From Bacteroidota bacterium (GTDB taxonomy: Bacteria; Bacteroidota; Bacteroidia; Cytophagales; Cyclobacteriaceae): a DNA stretch of 48,941 nt. Below are positions 10,094-20,271 of the stretch, piece after piece. The position numbers and the translations under genes were made by a program. The notes under the pieces were generated by a model. That model saw only the letters and a program-made list of their open reading frames with translations. It was not told the DNA's origin and made no database searches. The DNA is taken from the NCBI GenBank assembly GCA_039028075.1, contig JBCCIX010000001.1:1-48941 (forward strand), in the 5' to 3' direction. Every line of letters starts with the position of its first letter. Position 1 is the stretch's first letter.

Positions 10094-10758
10094 CCTTTTT
10101 TTATAGCTGCTATATACTGGTTAATAAACTCTGATTTACGTTTTAGTCGGTATTGCATTATCCACCTGGGGTGGGGTAATGCTTCTATAGAGTCAAACAA
10201 TTTATACCTATTGTTTAGTTTCTTCAAAAAAGCAATATTTTTACCCATGCCGAGACTAAAAGCTGCTGGCTTGGCGCCAAAGGCAATCTGTTTTCTCAAC
10301 TCGGAAACCATATATTTCTCAAGCGAACTTTGCAGTTCTTTAAGGTCGTAATAATTAAGGTTTTTCCCATCTTTGACAAAACCAACAGGTGAGACCGAAG
10401 TGAAGTAACAATCGTGGTAAAAGACATGCGGACCCCCATACGCATCGATCATATCGTAAATATATTTGGAAGAAAGTTCAGCCTTTTTATCCATGCTATT
10501 TTCAACGCCTAAAACCCCTTGAAGACGTATCGGATCTGTAAAAGGGATACCTGTAGCCCCACCTCCAAATCGTCCGGGGTTAATTCCGATTAGAAAAGTC
10601 CTCGGATGATTGCCCTTATAATAGTTTAGACAAAACTGCTCTATAAAATCAAGAACTAGAGGGTCATCAAACGGATACAAGGTTTTAACTCCCGGGGGTA
10701 TATTTTTAGGAATTTGTACCTTCTGATAATACTGAAACACTTTGTTTCCAAAGCTCAT
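10090..10758 (-). CDS. Uracil-DNA glycosylase superfamily protein (SMUG2/DUF4918-like)
   Basis: GINPGRFGGGATGIPFTD, ELSS, LPHPRWIMQY. Confidence 0.85.
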   Translation of the reverse strand: MSFGNKVFQYYQKVQIPKNIPPGVKTLYPFDDPLVLDFIEQFCLNYYKGNHPRTFLIGINPGRFGGGATGIPFTDPIRLQGVLGVENSMDKKAELSSKYIYDMIDAYGGPHVFYHDCYFTSVSPVGFVKDGKNLNYYDLKELQSSLEKYMVSELRKQIAFGAKPAAFSLGMGKNIAFLKKLNNRYKLFDSIEALPHPRWIMQYRLKRKSEFINQYIAAIKKG

Positions 10759-11174
10759 TGACCTTTTCGCATTTCTTGAATACGCATGGGCATTCGATCA
10801 ATGAGTTCAAATAACTTTGAATTTGCCACTGGCTCGCCAGACCTTAACTTAACACCACCGTCTTTTCCGATAAGTATAACCAGAAACTCATCTCCCTCAT
10901 TAACGTAGCGATCCACAAGCCAGTCGTAATCCTCTTTTGCCATTTTCTGTTTTAAAGGGTTGGTCCCGTATTGTGGCCCTAGGCGGTAGATGACTAGATC
11001 ACGATCTTCCAGTTCCGATAGTTCCGCACGAAAGCTCGCCGTTTGATCGGCTAAAGATTTGGGATTCTCAGAAAATATGATGATCACCCGTTGTTTCCAT
11101 ACATGTAACTCCAGTGGATTTTTCGTAGTAGGCACAAGTGCCAAAAATAAACAAACACTAAGGGCGCTTATCAT
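10755..11174 (-). CDS. DUF4174 domain protein
   Basis: WKQRVIIIF, LEDRDL, LIGKDGGVK, IDRMPMR..EM; start placed at ATG 11174, which gives a signal peptide (ORF track starts at 11204). Confidence 0.85.
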   Translation of the reverse strand: MISALSVCLFLALVPTTKNPLELHVWKQRVIIIFSENPKSLADQTASFRAELSELEDRDLVIYRLGPQYGTNPLKQKMAKEDYDWLVDRYVNEGDEFLVILIGKDGGVKLRSGEPVANSKLFELIDRMPMRIQEMRKGQ

Positions 11175-11370
11175 CGTACCATTGATCGCCAAACGTCTTA
11201 CCACTGGGCTCCCCGTCTTTTAAAATTCTGATCACCATCCATATCGTAAGAATGTTAATAGTAACAAAAGAAGCAAAAACAAATGGGTAAGGTAAACCTA
11301 CGAAAGGACTTATCGTGTAGAGGACCAAAAACAATGTGGTTATAGTAATGGGTATTTTTATTTTACTCAT
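11158..11370 (-). CDS. Small two-TM hypothetical membrane protein
   Basis: Two hydrophobic helices then WMVIRILKDGEPSGKTF..QWYDD; start placed at ATG 11370. Confidence 0.7.
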   Translation of the reverse strand: MSKIKIPITITTLFLVLYTISPFVGLPYPFVFASFVTINILTIWMVIRILKDGEPSGKTFGDQWYDDKRP

Positions 11371-11487
11371 AATGCAGTAACAAGTAATGGCTGAATTAGT
11401 TACCTCTTCAAAAGATACTTTTAACACATCACTATTTTACCACTTACATGTGATATATACCGCTGGTAGTTAAAAGTAAGATTAAAC

Positions 11488-11515
11488 GTAACACAAGACA
11501 TCCCCTTTCTCGTGT
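11488..11515 (+). promoter_or_regulatory. Possible ECF sigma promoter
   Basis: GTAAC-N18-CGTGT about 40 nt upstream of ATG 11553, resembling the ECF AAC...CGT consensus. Confidence 0.3.
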
Positions 11516-11552
11516 ATATAGGCAGGTCAAACAACAACAAAAATTAATAGGA

Positions 11553-12146
11553 ATGAAATCATTAACAGCAGTAGCTGTATTGCTCATAGTGAGCGGTGCA
11601 GCTTTCGCCAACAAATCTGAAAAAGAGAAAAAATCTACCTCCTCAAAAGTAGCTGTAGTTCAAAACACCGATCAAAAATTTAAGCTGGTTTACCTTGATG
11701 AATCGGCGGGTCAGATTAAAGTGAACATCAAAAATTCACGCGGTAGTATTGTTCATTCTCAGCTAGTAAAGAATGAAACCGGTTTTGCACAGCAATATAA
11801 TTTCCAAAATCTACCTTTCGGGCAATACACCTTTGAGATTATTAAAGAGGACGGTTCTAAATTGGTTCAAAAAGTTGATCACAAGGAAACCATTATGCAG
11901 TCGGAAATCAAGGCGAATGTCCTTAATATCAATGACAATAAGAAATTCCGACTCGCTGTAGTCAAATACAATGAAAAGCCGGTCGATGTGAGTATTTACA
12001 ATGAAAATAATGAATTAATACATGCTGAGACCATTAGCTCAGAAAAAGGTTTCAGAAAGACGTTCGACTTGTCAGAAGCGGACGGCGAGCGTTTCCGTTT
12101 CGACTTAAAAAATAAAAAACGTACGCTAAGTGTAAGCGCCGGATAA
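11553..12146 (+). CDS. Secreted protein with two tandem beta-sandwich (DUF3244-like) domains
   Basis: Signal peptide; internal duplication FKLVY..KVNIKN..GFAQQYNF versus FRLAV..DVSIYN..GFRKTFDL. Confidence 0.7.
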   Translation: MKSLTAVAVLLIVSGAAFANKSEKEKKSTSSKVAVVQNTDQKFKLVYLDESAGQIKVNIKNSRGSIVHSQLVKNETGFAQQYNFQNLPFGQYTFEIIKEDGSKLVQKVDHKETIMQSEIKANVLNINDNKKFRLAVVKYNEKPVDVSIYNENNELIHAETISSEKGFRKTFDLSEADGERFRFDLKNKKRTLSVSAG

Positions 12147-12173
12147 AAATACTTGTTTTGTTTAGGTTAAATG

Positions 12174-12216
12174 AGAGGCCAATCACCAAACGAGGTGATT
12201 AGGCCTCTGCTTTTTT
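12174..12216 (+). terminator. Intrinsic terminator
   Basis: AGAGGCCAATCACC-AAACGA-GGTGATTAGGCCTCT followed by GCTTTTTT. Confidence 0.8.
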
Positions 12217-12253
12217 ATGGACTTTACTAACTTTAAGTTCAATCTATTTCAAA

Positions 12254-12475
12254 ATGAAGACGTTTCTGATATTTGCTTTTCTAATACTTGCCCTCCAAGT
12301 AGTAATGTTCTTTCTGATTCGGAAGAAAAAAAAGGAGGAGAAAGAAAATAGTGTTATTGAGCGCTACAACATCAAGACTCCTTCTGACGCCTTTAGATTA
12401 ATACAGGATAACTCTATCCCCCAAGAAGACCGCGATAAGATAGAGGCTTTGTACAAAGGGGAGGAAAACCAATAG
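12254..12475 (+). CDS. Small single-TM hypothetical protein
   Basis: ATG start, N-terminal TM helix, charged tail. Confidence 0.7.
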   Translation: MKTFLIFAFLILALQVVMFFLIRKKKKEEKENSVIERYNIKTPSDAFRLIQDNSIPQEDRDKIEALYKGEENQ

Positions 12476-12548
12476 TCCTGCACGGCAGGGCAAGAAATTC
12501 AGCCCAATAGTTCCTTGAATCCTAGTTTCTACCTGCTATATTAATGGA

Positions 12549-13316
12549 ATGATCCGTCAAGAATTGAAGAACTATATCGGTATGAATGACAATTTCCGAT
12601 ACAGAGGCGAGGAACAAACGCGTGTTGAAACATTTAGCGATGCGGTTTTTGCCCTATCAATAACGCTTTTAATAGTTTCAGCGGAAGTGCCTGATACTTT
12701 TTCTGAGATGAAGCTGTTCATTTATGATATTCTACCTTTTGCACTCTGCATTGCTTTTATCACCTATATATGGTACGAGCATTATCTGTTCTTCATTCGA
12801 TTTGGATTCAGGAGTAAAACCATTGTTATTCTTAACACGGTATTACTGTTTTTTCTCTTGCTTTACGTTTATCCCCTAAAGTTTTTAGCAAAGTTCCTCG
12901 TGGCCATCTATGGCAACATGTTCATAAATCTGATGGGGATTACAAATTCAAAATTTCCATCTCCGGGTGATATGTTACAGAACCAAGAACTTTCTGAGCT
13001 TATGATAATTTATGGTTTGGGGGTAGCTTTCATATTCTTTGTACTCAGTCAAATGTATCGTTATGCTTTAAAAAAGAGAAAAGAACTTAAGTTGAATAAA
13101 TTGGAGACTTTTGAAACGAACTCTGCTTTACAGTCTCAACTATTAATGGGCTCAGTACCCATACTCTCAGTGCTGGTAGCGGCTATCTTTGGCAATACAT
13201 TAGCAGGCTCTATTGTTTCAGGATTTATCTACATGCTGTACTTGCCATTGTTTCCAATCTGGATTCGAGTTAGGAGTAAGAAAATGAGCAGACAATTCCC
13301 AAATATTAAATCCTAG
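12549..13316 (+). CDS. TMEM175 (DUF1211) family potassium-channel-like membrane protein
   Basis: RVETFSDAVFALSITLL signature, WYEH, multiple TMs. Confidence 0.85.
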   Translation: MIRQELKNYIGMNDNFRYRGEEQTRVETFSDAVFALSITLLIVSAEVPDTFSEMKLFIYDILPFALCIAFITYIWYEHYLFFIRFGFRSKTIVILNTVLLFFLLLYVYPLKFLAKFLVAIYGNMFINLMGITNSKFPSPGDMLQNQELSELMIIYGLGVAFIFFVLSQMYRYALKKRKELKLNKLETFETNSALQSQLLMGSVPILSVLVAAIFGNTLAGSIVSGFIYMLYLPLFPIWIRVRSKKMSRQFPNIKS

Positions 13317-15042
13317 CCTGATACGTATACAGCTGATAGTAGCGGCCCTTTTTAGCTATCAAATCATCGTGCTTACCCCTTTCCACGATCTCACCATTTT
13401 CAATTACTAATATTTGATTTGCCTGGCGAATTGTACTTAATCGATGAGCAATGACAAAAGTAGTCCTACCTTTCATAAGCTCCTTCAAACTGGATTGAAT
13501 ATACGTTTCACTTTCCGTATCCAGGTTGGACGTTGCCTCATCTAAAATTAGAATCCTAGGATCGGCCAATAGAGCACGAGCTATTGCAATCCGTTGTCTT
13601 TGACCACCTGAAAGCTTGACACCACGTTCTCCTATCAAGGTATCCAAGCCCTCATCGAAGCGGTCGGTAAATTCATTCACGTAAGCGGCTTTAACCGCAG
13701 TATCTAACTGCTCATTCGTAGCATCGGGTCTTGGAAATAGGATATTTTCTCGAATTGTACCTTCAAACAAAAAGTCATCTTGAAGGACAACACCTAACTG
13801 AGCCCGGAAACTTCGTAACGTGATCTCAGCAAGGTCTTGACCATCTACGGTAATACAACCGGATTCAGGATTTAGGAAGGACGAGGCCAGTCCGGCAATG
13901 GTGGATTTGCCACTACCTGATGTACCCACTAAAGCCGTAACTGACCCAGAAGGAGCACTAAAACTTATATTTTTTACAACTTTTTTGCCTTCCTCGTAAG
14001 AAAAAGAGACCTTTTCGAATTTCACCTCACCTTTAATGTGTGTCAGTTCAATATGACGTTCTGAACCGTCATCTTCCAAAGGCATATTCATAATTTCTTC
14101 AGTACGATCGAGTCCGGCAAACGCTTCGGTGAGTTGGCTGCCAATATTGCTCATTTGTACAATAGGGGCAATCATAAAGCCTAAATACAAGGTGAAAGAC
14201 AAAAATTCACCAAAAGTGAGGTTGCCCTCCATGATCATATAGCCTCCAATACCCATGATTCCGGTGGAGGCCAGCCCAAGCAGAAAGGTGGCAGAACTAG
14301 TTACGATACTGGTGGAGACAAGACTCTTCTTTACGTTTCGGAAGAGTCGGTCTACACCATTTTCAAAGGTTTTGATTTCCTGAGCTTCTGCATTAAAACC
14401 CTTGATGACCCGCACCCCCCCAAGCGTTTCGGTAAGGCGACCCGTCACTTCGGCGTTAATCTTTCCCCGCTCCCGGAATATGGGGCGTATATATTCAAAC
14501 GCTTTAAGTGAGATCACTCCGAATATTGTTACCGGTACAAGTACATAAAGTGTCATCATCGGACTTATGCTGATCAGCAAAAAAAGGGAAATAATAGAGG
14601 TAAGAATACCTCCGAAAAGCTGAACAAGTCCGGTGCCTACTACGTTTCGGACACCCTCTACATCCGTCATAATGCGGGAAACGAGCTCTCCGGTTTTAGT
14701 ATTATCAAAAAAGCGTAAAGGTAACTGAATAATGTGGCGCTGTACTTTAGCCCTGAGCTGCGCAATAAGATGTTGAGCTTCCACACTTAATAGTTGAGTA
14801 AGTGAAAAAGAAGTTAGTGCTTGAATGGCAATGGCACTTACAACCACAATAAGCAGTGTCTTTAATTGTTCAAGGTCATTTTGCGGAATCACCTCATCCA
14901 TGAGTATCTTGCTGGCATAGGGTAAAACCAGATTCGCCAACCGGCTGATAATAATGAGGATAAGACCTATCAAAACAAACTTTTTCCTTGGCCATACAAT
15001 GGTTTTGAAGACATAGCCAATAGTAACCCTTGATTTACTCAT
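13306..15042 (-). CDS. ABC exporter, fused permease/ATPase
   Basis: TM domain, Walker A GTSGSGKST, LSGGQRQR, ILILDEATS, IAHRLST. Confidence 0.95.
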   Translation of the reverse strand: MSKSRVTIGYVFKTIVWPRKKFVLIGLILIIISRLANLVLPYASKILMDEVIPQNDLEQLKTLLIVVVSAIAIQALTSFSLTQLLSVEAQHLIAQLRAKVQRHIIQLPLRFFDNTKTGELVSRIMTDVEGVRNVVGTGLVQLFGGILTSIISLFLLISISPMMTLYVLVPVTIFGVISLKAFEYIRPIFRERGKINAEVTGRLTETLGGVRVIKGFNAEAQEIKTFENGVDRLFRNVKKSLVSTSIVTSSATFLLGLASTGIMGIGGYMIMEGNLTFGEFLSFTLYLGFMIAPIVQMSNIGSQLTEAFAGLDRTEEIMNMPLEDDGSERHIELTHIKGEVKFEKVSFSYEEGKKVVKNISFSAPSGSVTALVGTSGSGKSTIAGLASSFLNPESGCITVDGQDLAEITLRSFRAQLGVVLQDDFLFEGTIRENILFPRPDATNEQLDTAVKAAYVNEFTDRFDEGLDTLIGERGVKLSGGQRQRIAIARALLADPRILILDEATSNLDTESETYIQSSLKELMKGRTTFVIAHRLSTIRQANQILVIENGEIVERGKHDDLIAKKGRYYQLYTYQARI

Positions 15043-15099
15043 ATGAAGCCATCCGTAGATAAGAATAAATTCCTGGAGATCCGTTCAATTCTATGCTAT

Positions 15100-15561
15100 C
15101 TAAAATATATTTTTTATTACGATCGTTTGACCATTAAAATCAACCGAATCTCCAGTCCGTCTAGAAATTAATTTTTTCCCGATGGGGGAGGATAATGAGA
15201 TTGCAAAAAAAGTGTCCCCATTTAAAGTAAGCTTGCCAGCGCTCACGCTTATGTAATAGCTAGCTGTTGTAGTAGCAACCAACGCGCCAAGCTCAACTCT
15301 GTCCTTAATTTCTTCCGGTTGTATCATATGAAGCGTTTGTAAGAGTTTAGTTGCCTCTACCAGTTGAAAACTTTGGTTCTCAATTTCCAAATGCATCATA
15401 GCTTGGGTAGTTTCGTACTTATCACCCATTGAGCTTTTTTGATCGGTGGCTGAAGAGGCCTGTGCGCTTTTGATTGCTGATTGTATGGTGTCAATTTTTT
15501 CGGTTACAAAATGCATACATCTTTGGTACAATTCTTTTTTCAGGCTCTCTTTACGCATCAT
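15100..15561 (-). CDS. GreA/GreB-like coiled-coil plus C-terminal domain protein
   Basis: KSSMGDKYET motif, VELGALV, ISLSSPIGKKL..GD. Confidence 0.75.
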   Translation of the reverse strand: MMRKESLKKELYQRCMHFVTEKIDTIQSAIKSAQASSATDQKSSMGDKYETTQAMMHLEIENQSFQLVEATKLLQTLHMIQPEEIKDRVELGALVATTTASYYISVSAGKLTLNGDTFFAISLSSPIGKKLISRRTGDSVDFNGQTIVIKNIF

Positions 15562-15613
15562 TTAAAGGGTGTTAGTTATGATGAAAGTTAATTGACTAAA
15601 TGAAATAAAGGAT

Positions 15614-16132
15614 ATGGCAAAGGAAAGCAACTTTCTATCAACTGCTGATCAGGTGACAAGTTACGTAAATAGTTTGGATCTTCTACCCCATCTCGAAGGA
15701 GGTTTCTACAGAGAAACTTATCGTTCTGAGTGCTTAATACAAGCTAAGGATTTTAAAACCGAACGAAATGCATCCACCGGCATTTACTATCTCTTAAAAG
15801 CAGGATCCTTTTCCGCTTTCCACAGAATAAAGTCAGATGAGATGTGGCACTTCTATGACGGTACCGATCTTTCCATATACATGCTCGATGAAGATGGCCG
15901 TCTTGAAGTAACACGACTAGGACGAAATATCGAAGCAGGAGAACAGTTGCAAAGCGTTGTGCCTACCGGCAGATGGTTTGCCTCAAGGGTTGAGTCTGAA
16001 GGTGGTTTTGCATTGGTGGGATGTACGGTGGCTCCCGGCTTCGACTTTCAGGATTTCGAACTGGCTAAAAGAGACAATCTCCAGGCCGAATTCCCGCAGC
16101 ATTCAGATTTAATAAAAAGTTTGACACGATGA
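15614..16132 (+). CDS. Cupin superfamily protein (DUF985)
   Basis: PHLEGGFYRETYRS, TGIYYLL, FHRIKSDEMWHFY, LVGCTVAPGFDF. Confidence 0.9.
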   Translation: MAKESNFLSTADQVTSYVNSLDLLPHLEGGFYRETYRSECLIQAKDFKTERNASTGIYYLLKAGSFSAFHRIKSDEMWHFYDGTDLSIYMLDEDGRLEVTRLGRNIEAGEQLQSVVPTGRWFASRVESEGGFALVGCTVAPGFDFQDFELAKRDNLQAEFPQHSDLIKSLTR

Positions 16133-16701
16133 GATTATTGATTAGCCTAGTAGTAGTAAGCATCCTCTCACCGGCCTTTGCACAGCAAAAAGACGAACGT
16201 GAGCAGCGAATCAAAGAAACCGAGGTTCCATCCTCAATTCTCGAAATGCTAGAACCTTACGTAAAAAATCTGAAAGTAAAATACATCTACGAAACCGATG
16301 GTGAGAATAGCTCGTACGAAGCAAAGTTCCGTTCCAAAAGTCGTTTTTTTAGCGTTGAATTTGATACCCTTGGAGTGTTGGAAGATGTGGAGATTGACGT
16401 GAAATATAAGTTCCTTAAGAAGGAAATACGAAAGACCATAGAGAGTTACCTTAGAAAGTCATCTTCATCGTACAAAGTCCTGAAATGCCAGAGGCAGTAT
16501 GTTCATCAATCCGGAGAGTCTTCTGAAACACTCCGTCATGCAATCAATAATGAATCACATAGCCCCATTAATTACGAGTTGGAAGTGGACATGACCGTGC
16601 AAAAGGCACTAAATAGCTATGAGCTGCTATTTGATAATACCGGGACCTTTATTTCTAAGCGTTTGATAATCAATAGAGCTACCGATAACCTACTTTATTG
16701 A
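16129..16701 (+). CDS. Exported hypothetical protein (PepSY/BLIP-like repeats)
   Basis: Signal peptide; repeated YEAKF..SVEFD..G and YELEV..ELLFD..G motifs. Confidence 0.65.
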   Translation: MRLLISLVVVSILSPAFAQQKDEREQRIKETEVPSSILEMLEPYVKNLKVKYIYETDGENSSYEAKFRSKSRFFSVEFDTLGVLEDVEIDVKYKFLKKEIRKTIESYLRKSSSSYKVLKCQRQYVHQSGESSETLRHAINNESHSPINYELEVDMTVQKALNSYELLFDNTGTFISKRLIINRATDNLLY

Positions 16702-17396
16702 TGCGAAACTTCCTTCTTGTCTGTTTAATGGCTGCAACGGCTATCAAGTCACATGCACAGACCGGTGAATTGGAAGCACATTGGGAGATTGCTATACCGG
16801 TCAGTTATAGTGTGTCAGAGCGGTGGAAGATGAACACCACTGTAACTTCAAGAACAGGTTTTTATCGGCAAGTCCAGGAAGCGGATAATGTAGAGTGGTT
16901 TGTGAACTTTCTGGAAGCCACACAGTACGCCACCTACCGAGCCAGTCATAAAATTTCGTTAACGGCAGGTTATCGGTACCGGTCGGTAAATCCTACGGAG
17001 GCGGCCGGAGAGCGTGAGCATCGACTTATCCAGCAGCTAGGTATTGTGCATTTAAGGGCGCCTACGCGAATCGCTAGTCGCCTGCAAATAGAGCAACGGT
17101 TTCGTACGGATGATTTTGCGCATCGTATTCGGTATCGTGTTTCGGGGGACCGACCTCTACAGGGGGAGAAGCTGGATGTGGGAGAGTTTTATGGTATTGT
17201 TTCAAATGAACTGGTTACACAATTTGGAAAGGAGGTAAACACCACAATGGAAAACCGTATTTCAGTGGGTTTTGGTAATAAATGGGGGCAAACTTCAAAA
17301 ATTCAGCTTGAAGGACAAATCCGTTCGTTTGACGTTTTGGATAACCCAAGAAATACTTTTTTTCTTATGACAGGATTCTATTTCAATTTGGATTGA
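16698..17396 (+). CDS. DUF2490 family outer-membrane beta-barrel protein
   Basis: Signal peptide; EHRLIQQ, RLQIEQRF, RIRYR, SNE, ENR motifs. Confidence 0.8.
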   Translation: MMRNFLLVCLMAATAIKSHAQTGELEAHWEIAIPVSYSVSERWKMNTTVTSRTGFYRQVQEADNVEWFVNFLEATQYATYRASHKISLTAGYRYRSVNPTEAAGEREHRLIQQLGIVHLRAPTRIASRLQIEQRFRTDDFAHRIRYRVSGDRPLQGEKLDVGEFYGIVSNELVTQFGKEVNTTMENRISVGFGNKWGQTSKIQLEGQIRSFDVLDNPRNTFFLMTGFYFNLD

Positions 17397-18760
17397 TAAG
17401 TAAGCGCTTCCGCCAACTCGAACTTTTGACCCCGCTTTGGCATTACTACATGCTCAAAACCATGATGCTCCAAAGAGCCCTTAAAATTTTCCATCGCATC
17501 TTTATCCCCATGTACTAGGAATACTTTTTTTAATCGATGCTTATCTTGTGTTTTGAAAAATGACAGTAGGTTGTCGTAGTCTCCATGTCCGCTCAGTACA
17601 TCCGTAGATAAGATTTGCGCATTTACTTTTATTTCTTCGCCGAATTTTCGGAAAGTAGATAGGCCGGCCAGCAATTTCCGTCCCAACGTGCCCTCAGCAC
17701 AGTAACCAATAAAAAGAATGCTACAATAGCTGTTTTCCAGGTTGCGCGTAATATGGTCCTCCGATTTCCCTCCCTTCACCATCCCTGAAGAAGTGATGAT
17801 AATGCAAGGTTCATTGTATCGATCGATCTCTTCAGCGCTGTTCATATCGTTGATGTAAATGAGATTATCAAAGTCAAACAGAGCACCATGCCTGTCATTA
17901 AATTCCCGGGCCTCCCTGTTCATAAAATCCACAAAGTCCTGATAGACCTGTGTGCTTTTACGGGCCAGTGGGCTATCGGTAAAAATCTTAATGGATGGTA
18001 ATTTGCCCGCTACTCTCAATTTGTTCAGCAGAAACAATAAGGTTTGCGTACGACCGACACTAAACGAAGGAATGATCAACCTCCCTGGTATTTCAACACA
18101 TGCTTTGTAGATGGTATCAGCAATAATCTTTTCCGGATTCCTGTGTTCATGTACCCGGGCTCCATAGGTAGTCTCGCTGATGATATAGTCTGCGGCCGGA
18201 ATAGGTTCAGGATCGGGTAACAACGGGTAAGTTGGTCTACCGATGTCCCCTGAGAAAACGACCGTTTTGTCTTCCGCCTGAACTACAATATGTGCCGCTC
18301 CGAGCAAATGGCCGGCCTGACGAAAGTAAAATGAAAAAGAATCGCTGAGCGAATAGGGCTGTTCGAAATCAATGGGCCTGAAATAATCCAGACTTTCCTC
18401 TACTTCCCTGGGCCCGTAAAAGTCCGGGGTCTTCTTTTTCCGGGCGCGTTTTAGGTTGATTCTGGCGGCATCAAAAAGTAGGAGTCGACTCAGTTGATAG
18501 GTGGCATAGGTGCAATATACGGTGCCTGTAAACCCTTCCTTGACCAATAAAGGGATGAGGCCGCTGTGGTCTATATGCGCATGAGTAAGCAAGACCACAT
18601 CTAAAGTTTTTGGATTAAAATTGAACGGATGTTGAAATTCATCCTGGTGCCTGGCTTCCAGATCAAAGCCACAATCGATCAGAATTCTTAGCCCCTCTAC
18701 TTCCAGCAGGTACTTACTACCTGTTACTTGTTCTGTTGCCCCTAAAAATTGCAGTGTCAT
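17378..18760 (-). CDS. MBL-fold beta-CASP ribonuclease (YSH1/CPSF73-like)
   Basis: FLGA..VTGS, IDCG, THAHIDHSG, AGHLLG, FSGDIG, ETTYG, SFSVGRTQ, SGHGD, VHGD. Confidence 0.92.
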   Translation of the reverse strand: MTLQFLGATEQVTGSKYLLEVEGLRILIDCGFDLEARHQDEFQHPFNFNPKTLDVVLLTHAHIDHSGLIPLLVKEGFTGTVYCTYATYQLSRLLLFDAARINLKRARKKKTPDFYGPREVEESLDYFRPIDFEQPYSLSDSFSFYFRQAGHLLGAAHIVVQAEDKTVVFSGDIGRPTYPLLPDPEPIPAADYIISETTYGARVHEHRNPEKIIADTIYKACVEIPGRLIIPSFSVGRTQTLLFLLNKLRVAGKLPSIKIFTDSPLARKSTQVYQDFVDFMNREAREFNDRHGALFDFDNLIYINDMNSAEEIDRYNEPCIIITSSGMVKGGKSEDHITRNLENSYCSILFIGYCAEGTLGRKLLAGLSTFRKFGEEIKVNAQILSTDVLSGHGDYDNLLSFFKTQDKHRLKKVFLVHGDKDAMENFKGSLEHHGFEHVVMPKRGQKFELAEALTYQSKLK

Positions 18761-18829
18761 TTTCCTTCCCCCTCAAAAGACGAACAAAGAAATGCAATCT
18801 TGGGTTATTTTAGGTACAGATCTAGTACT

Positions 18830-19069
18830 ATGTTTTGTCCATCTAAAAAAAGGGAATATCTCTCCAAAGAGGAAGCTGAAGAAGCACTGATCCAGCATCA
18901 CGTTCGCTTTGATTTTCCCATCGGACAAGGCCCGGTTAATGTGTACAAATGTGAAATGTGTGAGACCTGGCATTTCACGAGTAAGGGTGAAGTGGCTGCC
19001 ATTCTGAATGACCCTAACGTGAAAAGACGGATAGCGCGAGAGAAATTAGGGACACGGTGGAGCTATTAG
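18830..19069 (+). CDS. Small putative zinc-binding hypothetical protein
   Basis: ATG 18830; C-x2-KK-x2-Y ... VYKCEMCETWHFTS. Confidence 0.7.
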   Translation: MFCPSKKREYLSKEEAEEALIQHHVRFDFPIGQGPVNVYKCEMCETWHFTSKGEVAAILNDPNVKRRIAREKLGTRWSY

Positions 19070-19080
19070 TTCCCAAGTCT

Positions 19081-19665
19081 TTATTCATAGATAAAGTTAT
19101 ATGTATCATCATCTATGAGCTGTCCAAGCTCATACGATTTAAACCTTGTAGATAATACATTACCTTGACTATCGAAGGTATATTCCCACGTACTTTTTAC
19201 GGCATTGCTATTTGTTTCACGTCTTAAATTTTGATCGAGATGTAATGGAAAGTGCTCATCCTCTTGAATAGCGTAATAGTTTTTAAAGGATTGAGGTACC
19301 TGAAGGTCAAAATGAGATATCGTCGAAAAATAGTTTTCTACTACATTGCCCTCTTTAATCAGAGCTAGAAAACTTTCGCCAACAAATATGCTATCATTCA
19401 AATATGCGACCGCAGAATTATTAACTTTTGACACTTTATCTCCTTCATACGTATAAGACAAATCAGTATTGCAAAAACAATTTGAGCGGACTAATCTGTA
19501 ATTCTCATCATATTCGTAAGTTGCAAACACCTCATTGGTTTCAACAATATTAATACTGGTTATTACAGAGTCAGTATAGTTAAATTCCATTGATAGGAAA
19601 TTCTTTGCTATGTTGTCAGGGATTCCGCGTTTAAAAATTGAGTGTTTGCTGTCTAAAATGGTCAT
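19081..19665 (-). CDS. Hypothetical protein with YD-like beta repeats; probably the 3' part of an interrupted lipoprotein gene
   Basis: 194-aa ORF with FNY, YEYDEN..L, YTYEGDKV, YTFDSQGNV motifs and no signal peptide; in frame with the upstream lipoprotein-like fragment. Confidence 0.6.
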   Translation of the reverse strand: MTILDSKHSIFKRGIPDNIAKNFLSMEFNYTDSVITSINIVETNEVFATYEYDENYRLVRSNCFCNTDLSYTYEGDKVSKVNNSAVAYLNDSIFVGESFLALIKEGNVVENYFSTISHFDLQVPQSFKNYYAIQEDEHFPLHLDQNLRRETNSNAVKSTWEYTFDSQGNVLSTRFKSYELGQLIDDDTYNFIYE

Positions 19666-19668
19666 CTT

Positions 19669-19699
19669 TAGCCGTTGTTGGTGTTATCACCAACAACAT
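19669..19699 (+). repeat. REP palindrome family A, copy 1
   Basis: TAGCC-GTTGTTGGTG-TTAT-CACCAACAAC-AT; overlaps the RAYT stop codon. Confidence 0.9.
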
Positions 19700-20229
19700 T
19701 TCTCACTCTTCAAATACTCCATATAATGCTTTAGGAAACTGAACTTAGTTTTTCCTTCTTCATAAAAAGAAGCCGAAGAATATTCATAGTCGGTAAAATC
19801 TTCCACTAAATTCCATTTACCACTAACCGGATTGGCATGGATGTAATCAAGTTTTTGTTCAATTACTTCTCGACTATACAAATCGATCGATAAGGCGTTC
19901 CGCTGCCAAAACTGGTATTTTCTGTCTTTGAGGTTTACTTCAAATTTCTGAAGTAAAGGTGACTTCATATCTTGAAGTCGAAACTTGATTTGTTGACCGG
20001 TAAACTTGAGAAAATCACGTTGCACATCTGATCGCTCAAAATGTTCATTTATTCGCCAGATCATGTGGAGATGATTGGGCATAATGACGAAGGCATACAC
20101 TTCACATTTGTTCTTTGAAGTCAAATAATCAAGCGAGTCAATAATAATTTCCTTGTAAGAATCATTTTGAAGTATTGGTATCCATTTTAGAATCGTGGCA
20201 GTAAAGAATTGAACATAATGAAAAGGCAT
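19687..20229 (-). mobile_element. REP-associated tyrosine transposase (RAYT / TnpA-REP, HUH Y1 family), intact
   Basis: FFTAT, AFVIMPNHLH (HUH), FWQR, YIHANPV (catalytic Tyr), YSSA; flanked by palindromes. Confidence 0.92.
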
Positions 20230-20242
20230 GGCTTAAGTTAAT

Positions 20243-20271
20243 AGTTTGTTGGTGACAACACCAACAAGGGC
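20243..20271 (-). repeat. REP palindrome family A, copy 2 (inverted)
   Basis: Minus strand GCCC-TTGTTGGTG-TTGT-CACCAACAA. Confidence 0.88.
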
